Assembly (NCBI GenBank): GCA_038321985.1
Contig: JBBQFN010000003.1
Span: 224,001 to 288,000 of the forward strand
Direction of reading: 5' to 3'
DNA length: 64,000 bases
Source: Cyanophyceae cyanobacterium
Lineage (GTDB): Bacteria; Cyanobacteriota; Cyanobacteriia; Cyanobacteriales; Laspinemataceae
The position numbers and the translations under genes are program-made. The notes beneath the pieces were generated by a model. It was not told where the DNA came from. It saw only the letters and a program-made list of their open reading frames with translations, and ran no database searches. Below, one piece after another: positions 63,150 through 64,000 of the stretch (position 1 is the first letter of the stretch; each line of letters opens with the position of its first letter).

Positions 63150-64000
63150 ATGATTCCGACCCCGGGACGGTTCTGGCAATACTTGACCCCGATATGTCTA
63201 CTGGCTGTAAGTTATTTTGCAGCGGGGATGTTAGCGATTTTGATACCAGGGTTGGCTCGAAGTCTGTTACCGTTTGGACCACCCGCAGGAGTTGCCTTAG
63301 CCGGAATGGTGTTGGGTGGGGTGAAAGTTTGGCCCGGGGTGGCAATCGGGGCATTTTTGTACTCACAATTTCAGGGAATGCCTTACTGGGTAGCGGGTGT
63401 CGCAGCGATCGCCTGCGTGGTCCAAGGGATAGTGGGGACAAGGCTGCTAGAAAAGCTGGAGTTTGATCCGGCCCTAGAACGGCTGCGTGATGTGGGCTGT
63501 TTAATCGGTATAGGAGCGATTCTTTCGACCCTGGTTAACTCTAGTCTGTGTGTAGCGATCGTCACCCTGAGCGGAATGCAAACCTGGGCCGAGGCCCTTG
63601 TCCAATGGGAAATGTGGTGGTTAGAAGAGGCAATGGGAGTGCTATTAATTGCTCCAATTCTATTAACTTGGAGCCGATTCAGGGCCAGCAATATTACATC
63701 AAGGGGGTGGGTATTAACGGCGAAAATTTTAGAAGCCGTCCTAGTCTCCATCTTGCTCTTTGCCATCAGTTGGGTTGTTTTTTGTTCACGAACCCGGGTT
63801 TATATCGCCGACTATCCTCTAGAATATTTGCCCTTTCCCGTGGTGATGTGGGTGGCCCTGCGATTTGAGTTGCGCGGGACGGTACTGGCGAACTTATTAG
63901 TAGCAAGTATGGCAATTTGGGGGGTAGCCCGAGAAAGTGGACCCTTCCTTAAACACGCTAGCAATGCGGAACAAGCGATTTTCTCCCTACAAATCTTTAT
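63150..64000 (+). CDS. MASE1-domain membrane sensor protein (3' partial)
   Basis: ATG 63150, open to window end; PFGPPAGVALA, WPGVAIG, WWLEEAMGVL, EYLPFP..WVALRF, GPF; absent from the ORF track because no stop is in the window. Confidence 0.85.
   Translation, partial: MIPTPGRFWQYLTPICLLAVSYFAAGMLAILIPGLARSLLPFGPPAGVALAGMVLGGVKVWPGVAIGAFLYSQFQGMPYWVAGVAAIACVVQGIVGTRLLEKLEFDPALERLRDVGCLIGIGAILSTLVNSSLCVAIVTLSGMQTWAEALVQWEMWWLEEAMGVLLIAPILLTWSRFRASNITSRGWVLTAKILEAVLVSILLFAISWVVFCSRTRVYIADYPLEYLPFPVVMWVALRFELRGTVLANLLVASMAIWGVARESGPFLKHASNAEQAIFSLQIF

Larger units (their letters stand above)
1..64000. repeat. HIP1 octamer GCGATCGC dispersed throughout
   Basis: Dozens of copies in coding and intergenic DNA, e.g. 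near 1580, 2544, 6836, 6902. Confidence 0.95.

Overview
Chromosomal segment of a filamentous cyanobacterium (Oscillatoriales-like: dense HIP1 GCGATCGC octamers, petM, ftsH3-type gene, cyanobacterial pilin). Mostly housekeeping genes (eda, ftsH, exbBD, cbiT, cdsA, rodZ, malQ, metG, lptC, tRNA-Lys-CTT) and signalling genes (Ser/Thr kinase-ATPase-GAF-PP2C, kinase-WD40, multi-PAS/GAF diguanylate cyclase, partial MASE1 sensor). Most notable: (1) a chromosomal ParM-like actin plus ParR-like partner with a hydrophobic N-terminus and no visible parC, a candidate repurposed membrane cytoskeleton; (2) three dispersed paralogs of an uncharacterised ~65-95 aa protein family; (3) a pilin-modification cluster (methyltransferase, pilA, SPINDLY-like O-GlcNAc transferase, MTase-GT4 fusion); (4) a decaying defence islet with an RM gene whose nuclease part alone is broken and an MNT-HEPN pair between type I hsdM/hsdS relics; (5) a PatX-like secreted peptide lacking RGSGR; (6) REP doublets, a nested MITE and short tandem duplications. 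No CRISPR array, rRNA or intact transposase was seen. All calls are from motif recognition by eye; no searches were run.
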